Positions 51,052 through 63,225 of a stretch of 64,000 nt of DNA are shown here, piece by piece. Numbering within the stretch: the first letter of the stretch is position 1; each line of letters begins with the position of its first letter. A program made the position numbers and the translations under genes. This DNA comes from Octopus sinensis (taxonomy: Eukaryota). The stretch covers positions 17,546,001 to 17,610,000 of the forward strand of contig NC_043000.1 in assembly GCF_006345805.1 (NCBI RefSeq). Reading direction: 5' to 3'. A model generated the notes under the pieces. The model had not been told where the DNA came from. It made no database searches and saw nothing but the letters and a program-made list of their open reading frames with translations.

Positions 51052-51689
51052 TAAAATCGTAAAAAATAGGGATTTTCATTAAAAAAAAGCACCTTTTTGA
51101 TGTAAATAATTTTTGGTGTTAACATGGTCCGATTTGAATTTTATCTTCTACGGAATGAAGAGCAAGCCTTCTTCTATCATACTCTCAGTTTTGGTCAACT
51201 TGCATCGCAGGGTCTCAGAGGAGATAGTGTTAGTTGAAGGCTATCAAACCTGTCACACACAGACAACTTCAGCCTTATATATAAGATAAATATATACATA
51301 CAGACAGAAAGCAGACAGTCAGATTCTTGATAGGGAAAGAATTATAGTAAAGTGTACAGTAAGTTATTGGAAAAACTGCTAGTGTAGCATGATAATGTTG
51401 TTAAAGGATTCTTTAGCTGTTATCTATTATGTTTGCTTGCCTGTAACTTAAGGGAAGATCATGATGAAATAAGATATTGAGGCATCATAAAGGCTTCATC
51501 TTACTGTCATGGCTAAAGAGAGAATCCACTGGAGTGGTTTTCTAGCAGTATGTTAAAATTTCTCTTCCTATGGCTGAACTGCAGCCCAGCACCGCAAGTA
51601 ATGGAATGCCTATCAGTTATTGTGGACCCCTACATGCACAAAGGTGAAGTTTGTCTGTAAATGGTACCTACTTAAATTTCGAGTACTGA

Positions 51690-51940
51690 TACATCATCAT
51701 CGTTTAACGTCCGCTTTCCATGCTGGCATGGGTTGGACGGTTCGACCGGGGTCTGGGAAGCCAGGAGGCTGCACCAGGCTCCGGTCTGATCTGGCAGTGT
51801 TTCTACAGTTGGATGCCCTTCCCAACGCTAACCACTCTGTGAGTGTAGTGTATGCTTTTTACGTGCCACCAGCACAGGTGCCAGGGGAGGCTGGCAACAA
51901 CCATGATCGGTTGGTGCTTTTTACGTGTCACCAGCACCTC
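51690..51940 (-). mobile_element. RTE LINE 3' end
   Basis: Family A motif. Confidence 0.82.
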
Positions 51941-52197
51941 CTGAAATTATGTTGGGTGAAAGCATGACTGTGTAGTAAGAAGTTTGCTTCCCAACCACAT
52001 GGTCTTAGGTTCAATCCCACTGGATGGCATCTTGGGCAAGTGTCTTCTACTATTGTCTTGGGCTGACCAAGGGTTTTTGACTTGTTAGTGGATTTGGTTG
52101 AGAGAAGCTAAAAGAAGCCTATTGTGTGTATATACATACATGTGTGTATGCATATGTGTGTATATATGTGTTTGTGTGTGTGTGTGTGTGTGTGTTT

Positions 52198-52720
52198 GTA
52201 AAGGGATGCTGAAAAGTTCCTGGTTTTGATAAAAGAAAATACAGGTGGATCAGTTAATTATGATTTTATCGAACATATTCCCCACTCAGATTCACACACC
52301 TGCTGCAGCAGTCCTTCAGTTTTTCTAAGCCCTGTAAAAGAACTTAAAAGATTGGGCCTCCAACCAGGCCTTTTGTGATTCCCTTAAAACCAGGAACTTT
52401 TCAATACCTTCATGCACATGTGTGTGTATGTATGTGCATGTGCATGTGAATATAAGTGAGTGTGTGTATATATATATATGTGTGTGTGTGTGTTGTGTGT
52501 GTGTTTGTAAAGGGATGCTGAAAAGTTCCTGGTTTTGATAAAAGAAAATACAGGTGGATCAGTTAATTATGATTTTATCGAACATATTCCCCACTCAGAT
52601 TCACACACCTGCTGCAGCAGTCCTTCAGTTTTTCTAAGCCCTGTAAAAGAACTTAAAAGATTGGGCCTCCAACCAGGCCTTTTGTGATTCCCTTAAAACC
52701 AGGAACTTTTCAATACCTTC
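52198..52720 (-). mobile_element. Tandemly duplicated mariner MITE (two ~210-bp copies) inside a composite SINE
   Basis: 52200-52410 and 52510-52720 are essentially identical, along with their flanking GT-rich sequence. Both are the reverse complement of the 9858 family. Confidence 0.88.
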
Positions 52721-53099
52721 ATGCACATGTGTGTGTATGTATGTGCATGTGCATGTGAATATAAGTGAGTGTGTGTATATATATATATGTGTGTGTGTGT
52801 TTGTGTGTGTATAAATTCATGTGTGTGTTTGCGTTTATATATATATATATATGTAGATGTGTGTGTACGTATGTGTATGTTACTGTCTCCTTGCTTTGAC
52901 TTCATGTGATTGTTGTAAACAAATGTCACCATCTTGCAAGAAATGCATTTCATTTTCACTCTTCTGGGTAAACATTTCTGGTCATGGAGAAATATTATTT
53001 TATTTGGAAACGGATGAGCATTAGCAACAAGAAGAGCACCTGACTGTAGAAAATCCACCTCAACAAATTCTGTCTGACCCATGTGAGCATGGAAAAGTG

Positions 53100-53165
53100 G
53101 ACATTAAATGACGATGATGCTGACGATGATGATGATGACGACGACGACGACGATGATGATGATGG

Positions 53166-53238
<73 letters not shown>

Positions 53239-53245
53239 GATGAAT
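53100..53245. repeat. (GAT)n tract, tail of an RTE-type 3' end
   Basis: About 45 GAT/GAC/GGT triplets follow GGAAAAGTGGACATTAAA. Confidence 0.95.
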
Positions 53246-53443
53246 CATGCACATTTCAGTATCTTTACATAATGCAACACTGATGGCAAGAAAAGAATCT
53301 TGGGCTCTTCTAATGATAGACTGGAATCTTTGTGATTGTCTTTGTTAGAATGAAATTGAAAATTAATGAAAGTAAGCTGTGTTTCACGATTTTCAAGTCT
53401 CTGAAGTTGAACACTGTTTAATATGTGGTACACTACAAAGGGG

Positions 53444-53750
53444 TGGAGAAGCAATGGCCCAGTGGTTAGGGCAGCGGACTTGCAGTCGGAGGATCGTGGT
53501 TTCGATTCCCAGACTGAGCGTTGTGTGTGTTTATTGAGCAAAAACATCTAAAGCTCCATGAGGCACCGGCAGGGAGTGGTGGCGACCCCTGTTGTACTCT
53601 TTCACCCCAACTTTCTCTCACTCTTTCTTCCTGTTTCTTGAGTAACGCTGCGATGGACTGGTGTCCTTTCCAGCTGGGAGGAACACATACTCCATAGAAA
53701 CCAGGAAACCGGGCCCATAAGCCTGGCTAGGCTTGAAAAGGACACATAAA
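53444..53750 (+). mobile_element. tRNA SINE, head D + tail Y
   Basis: Homologous to 48366-48682. Confidence 0.85.
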
Positions 53751-54029
53751 TAGTAAATAACACTACAAGGTGGGGGTGCGAGGTGAGCAGGCAGAATCGT
53801 TAACACACAGGGCAAAATGCTTAACTGAAGTTGACTTTGCCTTTCATATTTTTATGGTTGATAAAGAAAGTACCAGTTGAACACTGGGGTCAATGTAATC
53901 AACTGACTCCCACCCTTAAGCATTGCTGGCCCTGTGCCAAAATTTGAATCCAATATGTAGTACAGTATGGCCAGCCATCACTTGTGAGTGAACATGGCTT
54001 AGTCATATGTATTATAAATAAAAATAATA

Positions 54030-54280
54030 AATGCGCCCTTTTAAAACCTAGCCACGGCCATGGGCCCGGTTTCCCAGTTCCAATGGCGTATGTGTTCTCC
54101 AGCTTGATGGGATGCCAGTCCATCGCAGCATTACTCATTTTTGCCAGCTGAGTGGACTGGAGCAACGTGAAATGAAGTGTTTTACTGAAGAACACAACGC
54201 ATCGCCCGGTCCAGGAATCAAAACCACAATCTTACAATCATGATGCTAACACCTTAACCACTAAGCCACGTGCCTCCACC
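54030..54280 (-). mobile_element. tRNA SINE, head/core E + tail Y
   Basis: E core CAGTCCACTCAGCTGGCAAAAATGAGT is joined to the Y tail AATGCTGCGATGGACTGG...GGGCCCATGG. Confidence 0.8.
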
Positions 54281-55790
54281 ATATGTATTATGCTTTGGCT
54301 AATTGCTACGGTTTTTTTATGTGGTCACTAGCATATAGAGACTCTCTCTTGTGTCTTGAATCTTCATTTAGTGGTATATCTAGAATGTGACAGCTGAAGG
54401 GACAAAGTGTAGCACTGGTACCTGGTTAGTACTCATTTACAGCTGAGTAGACTGGAGTAACATGAAATGAAGAACCTTGCCTAGGAAATGAATTTGCAAC
54501 ATTATGTCCAAGTGCTAAATGTGCTAACCACTAGGCCAAAAAAGCCTCTATAGTAAAGTACAGTGGTTCTCAAATTTTTTCAGGCTGCCACCTGCTTGGT
54601 TCTAAGGCTACATTCCTAGTGCACCCCACCTCACCATCACAGACATAGAAATTTTCTGCAGCAAATTCAAAACAACAGTATTCCATAAATAGATCTTAAC
54701 CTAATTAGCCCTTTATTTTGTTTGTAATTTTTTCATCCTTTGCTCTGTTTTGGTTACTTCATTATCACCCCATTTTTCTTCAACAGACCCCTGGAAGTTT
54801 CCATTGCCAGGGGTGGGTTTGGGGCAGTACCGCTCGCTTGGGGAACCATTAGTGTAGTATATATAATATATCATGACTGGCACAGTGTATATCAAACAAA
54901 ACAATGATATCAGTTTGGCACACTTTATATTATTCCTCTTATATCGCAATGATATTATGCAGACACCAAACTGAGATATCATATGGAGATGATATCAATA
55001 TCACTCTAGCACACCAATGATAATACAACAATAACCCAACAGTATTATCCAACAACTAAACAAAGATATCACTCTCATGAACTAATATTATTAAACAAAC
55101 ATAAAGGAGAGTACACTTAAGCTAAGTAAAAAATTATGAACCAACTACAATAATATCGCATGCAGTATACATTACATTGATCTTAGACATAAATGAATGT
55201 TATTATACTAGCAAGACAATGATACTGGCTTATACAGTGGCACGACTCATGATTGATTGTGTTGAAAAACCCACAGAACTAGGTGTTGCCTTGGTTCTGG
55301 TAGTTTATGGCCCACTGGATAAGGTCAGTTATAGCTTTCAGCCTGTAAATGGAAATATAGGCTAAGCAGTTTAAATAGTAAAATGATTCATATAACATAC
55401 ATGTCGATATAAGTATATATGTATTTGTATACATGAGTGCCTATTGTGAAATATGTATGATTGTATACATATACATGTGTGTGTGTGTGTATACATCTAT
55501 TGAAATCATAATCCCGGTATATATATATAAAAGGGTCTAATGCTCTTGGCTTAGACTTTTTTGGGGGCAACCAGATCGAACCATCTCAAGCGTAACTGCC
55601 AGAAATGGTCGTGACTTCTTGCACTTGACTGATGAAAGAAAGCCAAAAATGACCTGTGTTTTTTGCCTGTCCTTCTAATTGTTGTTTCTCTTGTCCGCCT
55701 TTATGTTGTCGATCTGTCCGAATGTATTAATGCCTTCTATTGCGTTTTTGTTTCATTTATATACCTATCTATCTATCTATCCATGTATGT

Positions 55791-55825
<35 letters not shown>

Positions 55826-55848
55826 GATATATATATATATATATATAT

Positions 55849-55931
<83 letters not shown>

Positions 55932-55990
55932 CATACATATATATATACATACATATATAACATACATATATATATATATATATACATACA

Positions 55991-56022
<32 letters not shown>

Positions 56023-56179
56023 CATGGATAGATAGATTTATCTCACTCAAACATACACACATAATATGGACATATATATGATATATATATATATAAATAT
56101 ATAGGTATAAATGGACATATGCATATAATGTGTGTGTGTGCATCTGTGTGTTTGATGTAAATTATTAATGCAGTAGAGA

Positions 56180-56870
56180 TGCAATGGAATCACTGACTAG
56201 CTGACAGAGAAGGACTTTGTTTGCAGCAGATGTGCAGGAATAGTTAGCAGTAAAAGCACCCTTAAAATATATTCTTTCAAAAGCTCCAAAGGTTCTCTAG
56301 AAATACTTGATAGCTTCTGTTACCTAGGTGACCTAATTAGCAATGGAAGGGGCTTTTTGGAAGCATAATAGTCAGAGCAAGAATTCTGTGTGTGGTGGTG
56401 GCGAATTTAGGGAGCTAGCAACAAAGGGAATTCACTCACAGAGTAAAAGGGTAGATGTGAATATTGCTTGTGTATGAAGCACAATGTTGTAAGGTAGTAA
56501 AACATGGGTATTAAATGCAGGTAATGTGCAAAGGCTGGAATGAAATGCAGCAAGCATGATCTGATAAAGGTGCAATGTTAGTGTGCATGCACAACAGAAT
56601 TCAAATAAACTGCAAGAAAAGTTTGTATGAGAGGAATCAGATGTAATGTGATAGAGAGAAGACTGTACTGTGAGAAGATGAACATGTGATACGTACAGAG
56701 GATGCTAGTTAAATAAAGGTGTATCAATGAACCCGCAGAAGAGAAATACTGTGGAAGACAAGGGAAGAAGTAGTGAAAACTGATCTAAAGAAGCTGAACC
56801 CAGTGATGATGATGATGATGAAACACTGCAATGAATGGTAAGGTACTGTAACAGAGTAGTTGTATTCAGA
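56180..56870 (+). pseudogene. Decayed RTE LINE ORF2 fragment
   Basis: SLEILDSFCYLGDLISNG...STML*GSKTWVLNA..QRLE resembles the RTE motifs VDSFCYLGD...MLHGSETW. Confidence 0.75.
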
Positions 56871-56934
56871 CCTTAAAAGCAGGGAAAAAAATCTTTATAT
56901 AGTCCATACATGATGACAATGATGATGATGATGA

Positions 56935-56978
<44 letters not shown>

Positions 56979-57118
56979 ATTAGAGATAAAAACCACTATT
57001 AGGCAAATCAAACAGTGAAAAACATAAGCCAATACATAAAATTAATTTAAAAATATAGAAGTTAAAAATTAAAAAAATATTTAAATAATTTAAACTTATA
57101 AATTTTAAATATATATAT

Positions 57119-57172
<54 letters not shown>

Positions 57173-57374
57173 ATTTTTATATTTATATATTATTATATTT
57201 ATTAATTTATTTTTATTTTTATTTTTTTTAAATATCAAAAGTATTAAAAGTTTAATAAAAGACAAAGAGTAAAATATATGATATTAATTCATATGGAAGT
57301 AAAATATATGATATTAATTCATATGGAAGAAAAAGTCACGATAGAAAATGCTAAAATGATTTTATAAAAAACAT

Positions 57375-57415
57375 TTCAGTACCGGTTTCAGTCATTCAGA
57401 CTTTTTCAACTGTAA
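57375..57415 (-). ncRNA. Minimal type I hammerhead motif, U3-A8 covariant, in an AT-rich repeat (about 56970-57480)
   Basis: Minus strand: CAG-TTGAAAA-AGTC-TGAAT-GACT-GAAA-CCGG-TA-CTG. Stem III is the palindrome ACCGGT. Confidence 0.6.
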
Positions 57416-58069
57416 CAATTAAACAATTAAATTTAGAAAAATTAAAAGAAAAGTTTTTTTTTTAAATATTTACATACTATTCAAATACAAGGGACATTTT
57501 CCTTGTTTCTGCCTGTCTCTCTCTCTCTTGTTTACTCTTGTGGGCTTGAGGTCGTTGTGACCTACATATATATATATATGTAGGTACAGGAGAGACTGTG
57601 TGGTAAGTAGCTTGCTTACGAACCACATAGTTCCGGGTTCTGTCCCACTGTGTGGCACCTTGGGCTGACCAAAACCTTGTGAGTGGATTTGGTAGATAGA
57701 AACTGAAAGAAGCCTATCGTGTATATATATATATTTTAAAATTAATATTATGTATTGGTTTATGTTTTTCACTGTTTGATTTGCCTAATAGTGGTTTTAT
57801 CTCTAATTTAATATAATATAATATAATATATTTATACTATAAAATTGGATTTAATCCTAAATCTAATTTTTCCCTGTAAGTTTGGATTTATTCCTAATAT
57901 TATTATTATTATATATATGTATATATATATATATATATAATATATATATATATAATAATAATATATAATATATAATATATATATCATATAATATATATAA
58001 TATATATATATATAATATAATATATATAATATATAATAATATATATATATATATATATAGGTCTCACCA

Positions 58070-58690
58070 AGGAAATGACTAGAGACCGAGACCTATGGAA
58101 GTATGCTGTGCGTGAGAAGACCCGGCAAGACTAGTCAGGCCATAACCCGTGGCCCCTACCTGGGACGTAGTCAGTCCACCTGTGCATACCTTCCTTCTTG
58201 TGACACTTGTGAAGACCTGTTGAGGCAAGTGAAAATCAAAACAAATCAAAATAGATGAACATCAATGGAATTTGTATCTTTGTGATACCAGTGCCGGTGG
58301 CACACAAGAAAACCATCCGAACGTGGCCGTAGCCAGTACCGCATCGACTGCCCTCCGTGCTGTGGGCACGTAACAAACACCATCCGATCGTGGCCGTTCG
58401 CCAGCCTCATCTGGCACCTGTGTCGGTGGCACATAAAAAACACCATCCGAGCGTGGCCGTTCGCCAGCCTCGTCTGGCACCTGTGTCGGTGGCACATAAA
58501 ATCACCCACTACACTCTCAGAGTGGTTGGCATTAGGAAGGGCATCCAGCTGTAGAAACACTGCCAGATCTGACTGGCCTGGTGCAGCCTTCGGGCTCCCC
58601 AGACCCCAGTTGAACCGTCCAACCCATGCTAGCATGGAAAGCGGACGTTAAATGATGATGATGATGATGACGATGATGACGATGATGATA
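58070..58690 (+). mobile_element. RTE LINE 3' portion
   Basis: Starts in the end of ORF2 (GLTKEMTRDRDLWKYAVREKTRQD), then 3'UTR and (GAT)n, with (AT)n on both sides. Confidence 0.88.
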
Positions 58691-59978
58691 TATATAATAT
58701 ATAATATATAATATATAATATATAATATATATATATACATTTATATATATATATATATAAGAGATGGGGGCGACAAATACAGACACACAAACATATATAT
58801 ATATATGTATATGTTTGTGTGTCTGTATTTGTTGCCCCTCCATCTCTTGACAACTGATGTTGGTGTGTTTACATCCCTGTAATTTATCAGTTCAGCAAAA
58901 GAGACTGATAGAATAAGTACTAGGCTTACAAAGAATAAGTCCTTGGGTTGATTTGTTTGACTAAAGGTGGTGCTTCATCATGGCTGCAGTCAAATGACTG
59001 AAACAAATAAAAAGAAAAGAATATATATATATATATATAAATTAGAAATAGAAATAGAAGCCAAAACAAAAAATTGGACAATTAAATAATTTAATAACTA
59101 AATGATAAATTCAATTCAATTTTATTATTTTATACAAACAAATGACACATGTAATAAATTACAGTTATTTCTGCACCAATAAAAATCAGGTTTTTCAAGA
59201 ATAATAAGATATTGTTTTAAGTAAATGAGGTTTCATCAGGCAGATATATCTTCTTAAATATGAAAAATAGCAATCAAAAATTTTTTTAGAATTGCTAATG
59301 CTTTTCAAAAAAACACTTTTTAAGAGCGAACTTAATCATAAATAAACGATCTGACTGAATATATATATATAATTCTATTGTTTTCTTATCAGTTTCAGCC
59401 AAGGTCTGTGGCTATGCTGGGGCACTGGCATGGAAAAAAATGCTGCTATCCAGTTTGTCCTTAAAGACTCTGGCAAGTCTTTAAGGATCAAGTGAGTCCC
59501 TTGTGAACCTTTAAGGATCCTCTTTAAACAACCTTAAAGACTCACTTGTGCCAGGGGGCATTCTGAACTCCAGGATAGAGATTTTCGGGCCAATGCTTGC
59601 CTTTTAGAAAATTCCTGCTGGCTTTTTGGAATCCACAGGGCAGAGCTACAGGGAGACAATCATTTACCTTCGTGGTGTTTTGGTGACCACAAGATGGCAG
59701 CACAGCCAAAGATTGATGACCAATGGCAAAGGGAGATAATTACCTAGGGTTTTACCTTTAAAACATTTGACACAAGTTGTAAGGGGTGGTCGGGTTTCAA
59801 AATTATTACCTACCTGGGCATTTGGATTTTCATGTGAATTCATATGATTCACATATCCTGCTTTTATTAAACATAGAACATAAAGGACATTACACTAAAG
59901 CTAAGCAAAAGATTAACCGCAATCAACAGTGAATATTGGATATGGATTATGTGTGATCATGTTCTGTTGTCAAAAGCA

Positions 59979-60016
<38 letters not shown>

Positions 60017-61234
60017 TATATATATATAAAGCTTTTCTGAATTCAGCACATTCAGACATAAAGGCTTTATCTTTTGAAGTGCAGTATGAGAATTCTGGCC
60101 ATACTGCTCTTTTTTTTATTTTTTTCAGCTGTCACTTTATCACTTTAGAAATGTTTTCACAAAAGAAAACCTGTAACTAAGAAGTTGTATGTGGTCGTTC
60201 GACCTGCTAGAAATAGCAGTCAAATCTCATCCAGCCTTTCCTTCAAAACACACTTTATCATCTTAAAATAACTTGTAAAGATATTTTAGATTTATCATTT
60301 GAAAGTAAGATGAGATGGTCATTGACCGGAATGCTTTGATCATAGACTGACTGAATCTGAGATTAACTTAGGATTAAACAACACCAATAACAACAATTTC
60401 TAAAGTCAGAAGGAAGAATTCCTGTCTAAGGTTTAATCAAGAAATATTTATTTATATGAGATAAGTAGAATATATGAAATGTTTAATCATATAAATCATC
60501 AACAGGTTCTTACTACCATTGAATATGGGAGGAGAGTAGGATTTAAAGTTGGCATCTCAATTCAGTAAAATAGTTATCAATTATACAGTCTCCCTGTCAT
60601 TTATTGCATTAAACTGCACCAGCCACCCTGAGGCACCTATTTATGCCTATGAGGATAGAATGTGGAATTGTAAAGTGGACATTGACCGCTTAGATGTAAT
60701 TTCATAGCCTGCTATTGCTGCTATGAAATAGTTTGTATGAAAAATTAGGTAAGCTCGTCAAATACCTGTCTAATTGTGTTAATGAATACCTCATCTCTAT
60801 CTTTGTTATTTACAAAATGACAACTTTCCATGTCAACTTAAATATTTTTGAGCAGTGGCTGAGTGATTAGACTGTTGAAACCTGGTGACTAGAAATATAA
60901 AATACCAAGTTCAAATCTGTCTTAGGTTTAACACAATCCTAGTCTAGGGTAGTCCTAGGGTGGTTTTAGCAAGCATGTCTGTGTGGTTAAGAAGTTCACT
61001 TCCCAATCATGTGATTTGGGGTTCAATCTCACTGCATGGTACCTTGGGCAAGAGTATTTTTTTACTATATCCTCATATTGACCAATGCCTTGAGAAGGTA
61101 ATTTGGTGAACAGAAACTGTATAGAAGGTATTATATAGAAATACATAATTGGTAAAATGACTCTCTTTCACATTGTTTGTGTACGCTCGCGTGCATATGT
61201 GTGTGCGTGTATTATGTATACATATATGATATAA

Positions 61235-61520
61235 TATCATCATCATCATCGTTTAGCGTCTGCTTTCCATGTTGGAATGGGTTGGAAGTTCAACTGGGGT
61301 CTGGGAAGCCAGAAGACTGCACCAGGCCCAGTCTGATCTGGCAGTGTTTCTACGGCTGGATGCCCTTCCTAACGCCAACCACTCCATGAGTGTAGTGGGT
61401 GCTTTTTACGTGCCACCGGCACAGGTGCCAGACGAGTCTGGCAAACGGCCACGATCGGATGGTGCTTTTTATGTGCCACCGGCACGGGGGCCAGGCGAGG
61501 CTGGCAACAGCCACGAACGA
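61235..61520 (-). mobile_element. RTE LINE 3' end
   Basis: Family A motif. Confidence 0.82.
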
Positions 61521-61566
61521 ATATAAATGTATATTTAGATATGTATCATCATCATCATCATCATCC

Positions 61567-61609
<43 letters not shown>

Positions 61610-61766
61610 TATCATCATCATCATTATCATCATCATCATTATCATCATCATCATATCATCATTTAACGTTGTTTTCCATGTACTAGCATTGTGTATATTA
61701 ATTAATTTTAAAGTATTGAATAATTTAAGTATTGTTTTTAGTTTTCACTTAATGTATATTTAGTAT

Positions 61767-61811
<45 letters not shown>

Positions 61812-61849
61812 GTATATATATTAATTAATTATTTTATTATTCTAGTTTA

Positions 61850-61960
61850 TTTTTAACCTGATGAGTGGCTATATTTATATCGAAGTGATTTTACTACTAC
61901 TATTAATTTTTTTACTATAATCATTTCTTGAATATAGCCATGAAACACGTGTCATTATTC
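61850..61960 (+). ncRNA. Type I hammerhead motif with intact core, long stem II and weak stem I
   Basis: CTGATGA (61858-64), GTGGCTATATT...AATATAGCCAT (11 bp), GAAA (61942-45), CACGTG-TC. Stem III is the palindrome ACACGTGT. Confidence 0.65.
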
Positions 61961-62211
61961 TACCAATTATATACGTTTTTATTATTTTTTTGCAATTTAC
62001 TTAATCATTGGTATTTTATTGTTATTTTAATTTAAATATTTCTATTATATGTAATTTTATAGATGGTGTAATTTAATTGTTCATTTTGAATTGAAAAAAG
62101 GTGGTTTTTTTCAAATTTTTATATATGTATATTATATTGTGTGAAATTTGATTTAGTATTTCTAAATTGAATTTTTTCCCTGTAAATTAGGATTAATATT
62201 CCCTCAAATAA

Positions 62212-62250
<39 letters not shown>

Positions 62251-62379
62251 AAATCCTTCAAGGTGGTGCCCCAGCATGGCTGCAGTCTAATGACTGAAAC
62301 AAGTTAAAGATAAAAGGTAAAAACAAAGCTAATTGATGGATAACCTTGGAATTGCTTACTAACACACTTCATATATTGA

Positions 62380-62560
62380 GTAACAGATGTCCTCTTCTCT
62401 AACTCGTTTAGTGTTGCTACAGTATCTTTTGCTCTTCAGAATTGGCTGACCTCATGTTACCTCTGCTCAGGCCTGTCCAACTCACTCATCTCTCCTTTTC
62501 TGAGACTCTGGTGTTGTGTGTTTACCACGTTAAATGCCAAATCCAAACTATTCACCATGT
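62380..62560 (+). pseudogene. L2/CR1-group LINE ORF2 C-terminal remnant
   Basis: SSELADLMLPLLRPVQLTHLSF resembles the CSSELAxxMPP...TR.S C-termini of L2/CR1-group elements. Confidence 0.5.
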
Positions 62561-62612
62561 CCAATCATTTTATCCAAATTGTTAACCCTCAAGAAATCCA
62601 ACTGTGCCATTA

Positions 62613-62842
62613 GGCGGCGAGCTGGCAGAATCATTAGCACGCTGGATGAAATGCGTAGCCGTATTTCGTCTGCCGTTATGTTCTGAGTTCAAATTCCGCT
62701 GAGGTCGACTTTGCCTTTCATCCTTTCGAGGTCGATTAAATAAGTACCAGTTACGCACTGGGGTCGATGTAATCGACTTAATCCGTTTGTCTGTCCTTGT
62801 TTGTCCCCTCTGTGTTTAGCCCCTTGTGGGCAATAAAGAAAC
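62613..62842 (+). mobile_element. SINE family C, full length
   Basis: GGCGGCGAGCTGGCAGAATC head, TTCTGAGTTCAAATTCC B-box-like motif, GTCGACTTTGCCTTTCATCCTTTCG core, AATAAAGAAAC end. Confidence 0.9.
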
Positions 62843-62959
62843 ATATTATCTTTTAAAGTTTGGTACTTATTCTATGAGTCTTTGTTGCTGAACTGCTTAT
62901 TAACAACAGCACCAGTTGTCAAGTGGTGGTGAGAGGCACACAGATACACACACACACGG

Positions 62960-63225
62960 AGATATATCATCATCACTTAATGTCCATTGTCCATGCTGGC
63001 GTGAGCTGGATGGTTTGACCAGGGCTGGCAAGATGGAAGGCTCCACCAAACTCCAGTCTGATTTGGCATGGTTTCTATGGCTGGATGTCCTTTCTAATGC
63101 CAACCACTCAGAGAGTGTAATGGGTGCTTTTACGTGTCACTGGCATGAGTGTCATATGTGTGACACCAGTATCTGCCACAACTGTGATTTTACTTGGCTT
63201 GATGGGTCTTCTTCTCAAGCACGAC
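62960..63225 (-). mobile_element. RTE LINE 3' end, diverged
   Basis: Family A motif after CATCATC. Confidence 0.7.

Noticed and set aside
59590-59860. GC-richer stretch with open frames and splice-like sites on both strands
   Set aside because: No recognisable protein, and the candidate structures contradict each other.
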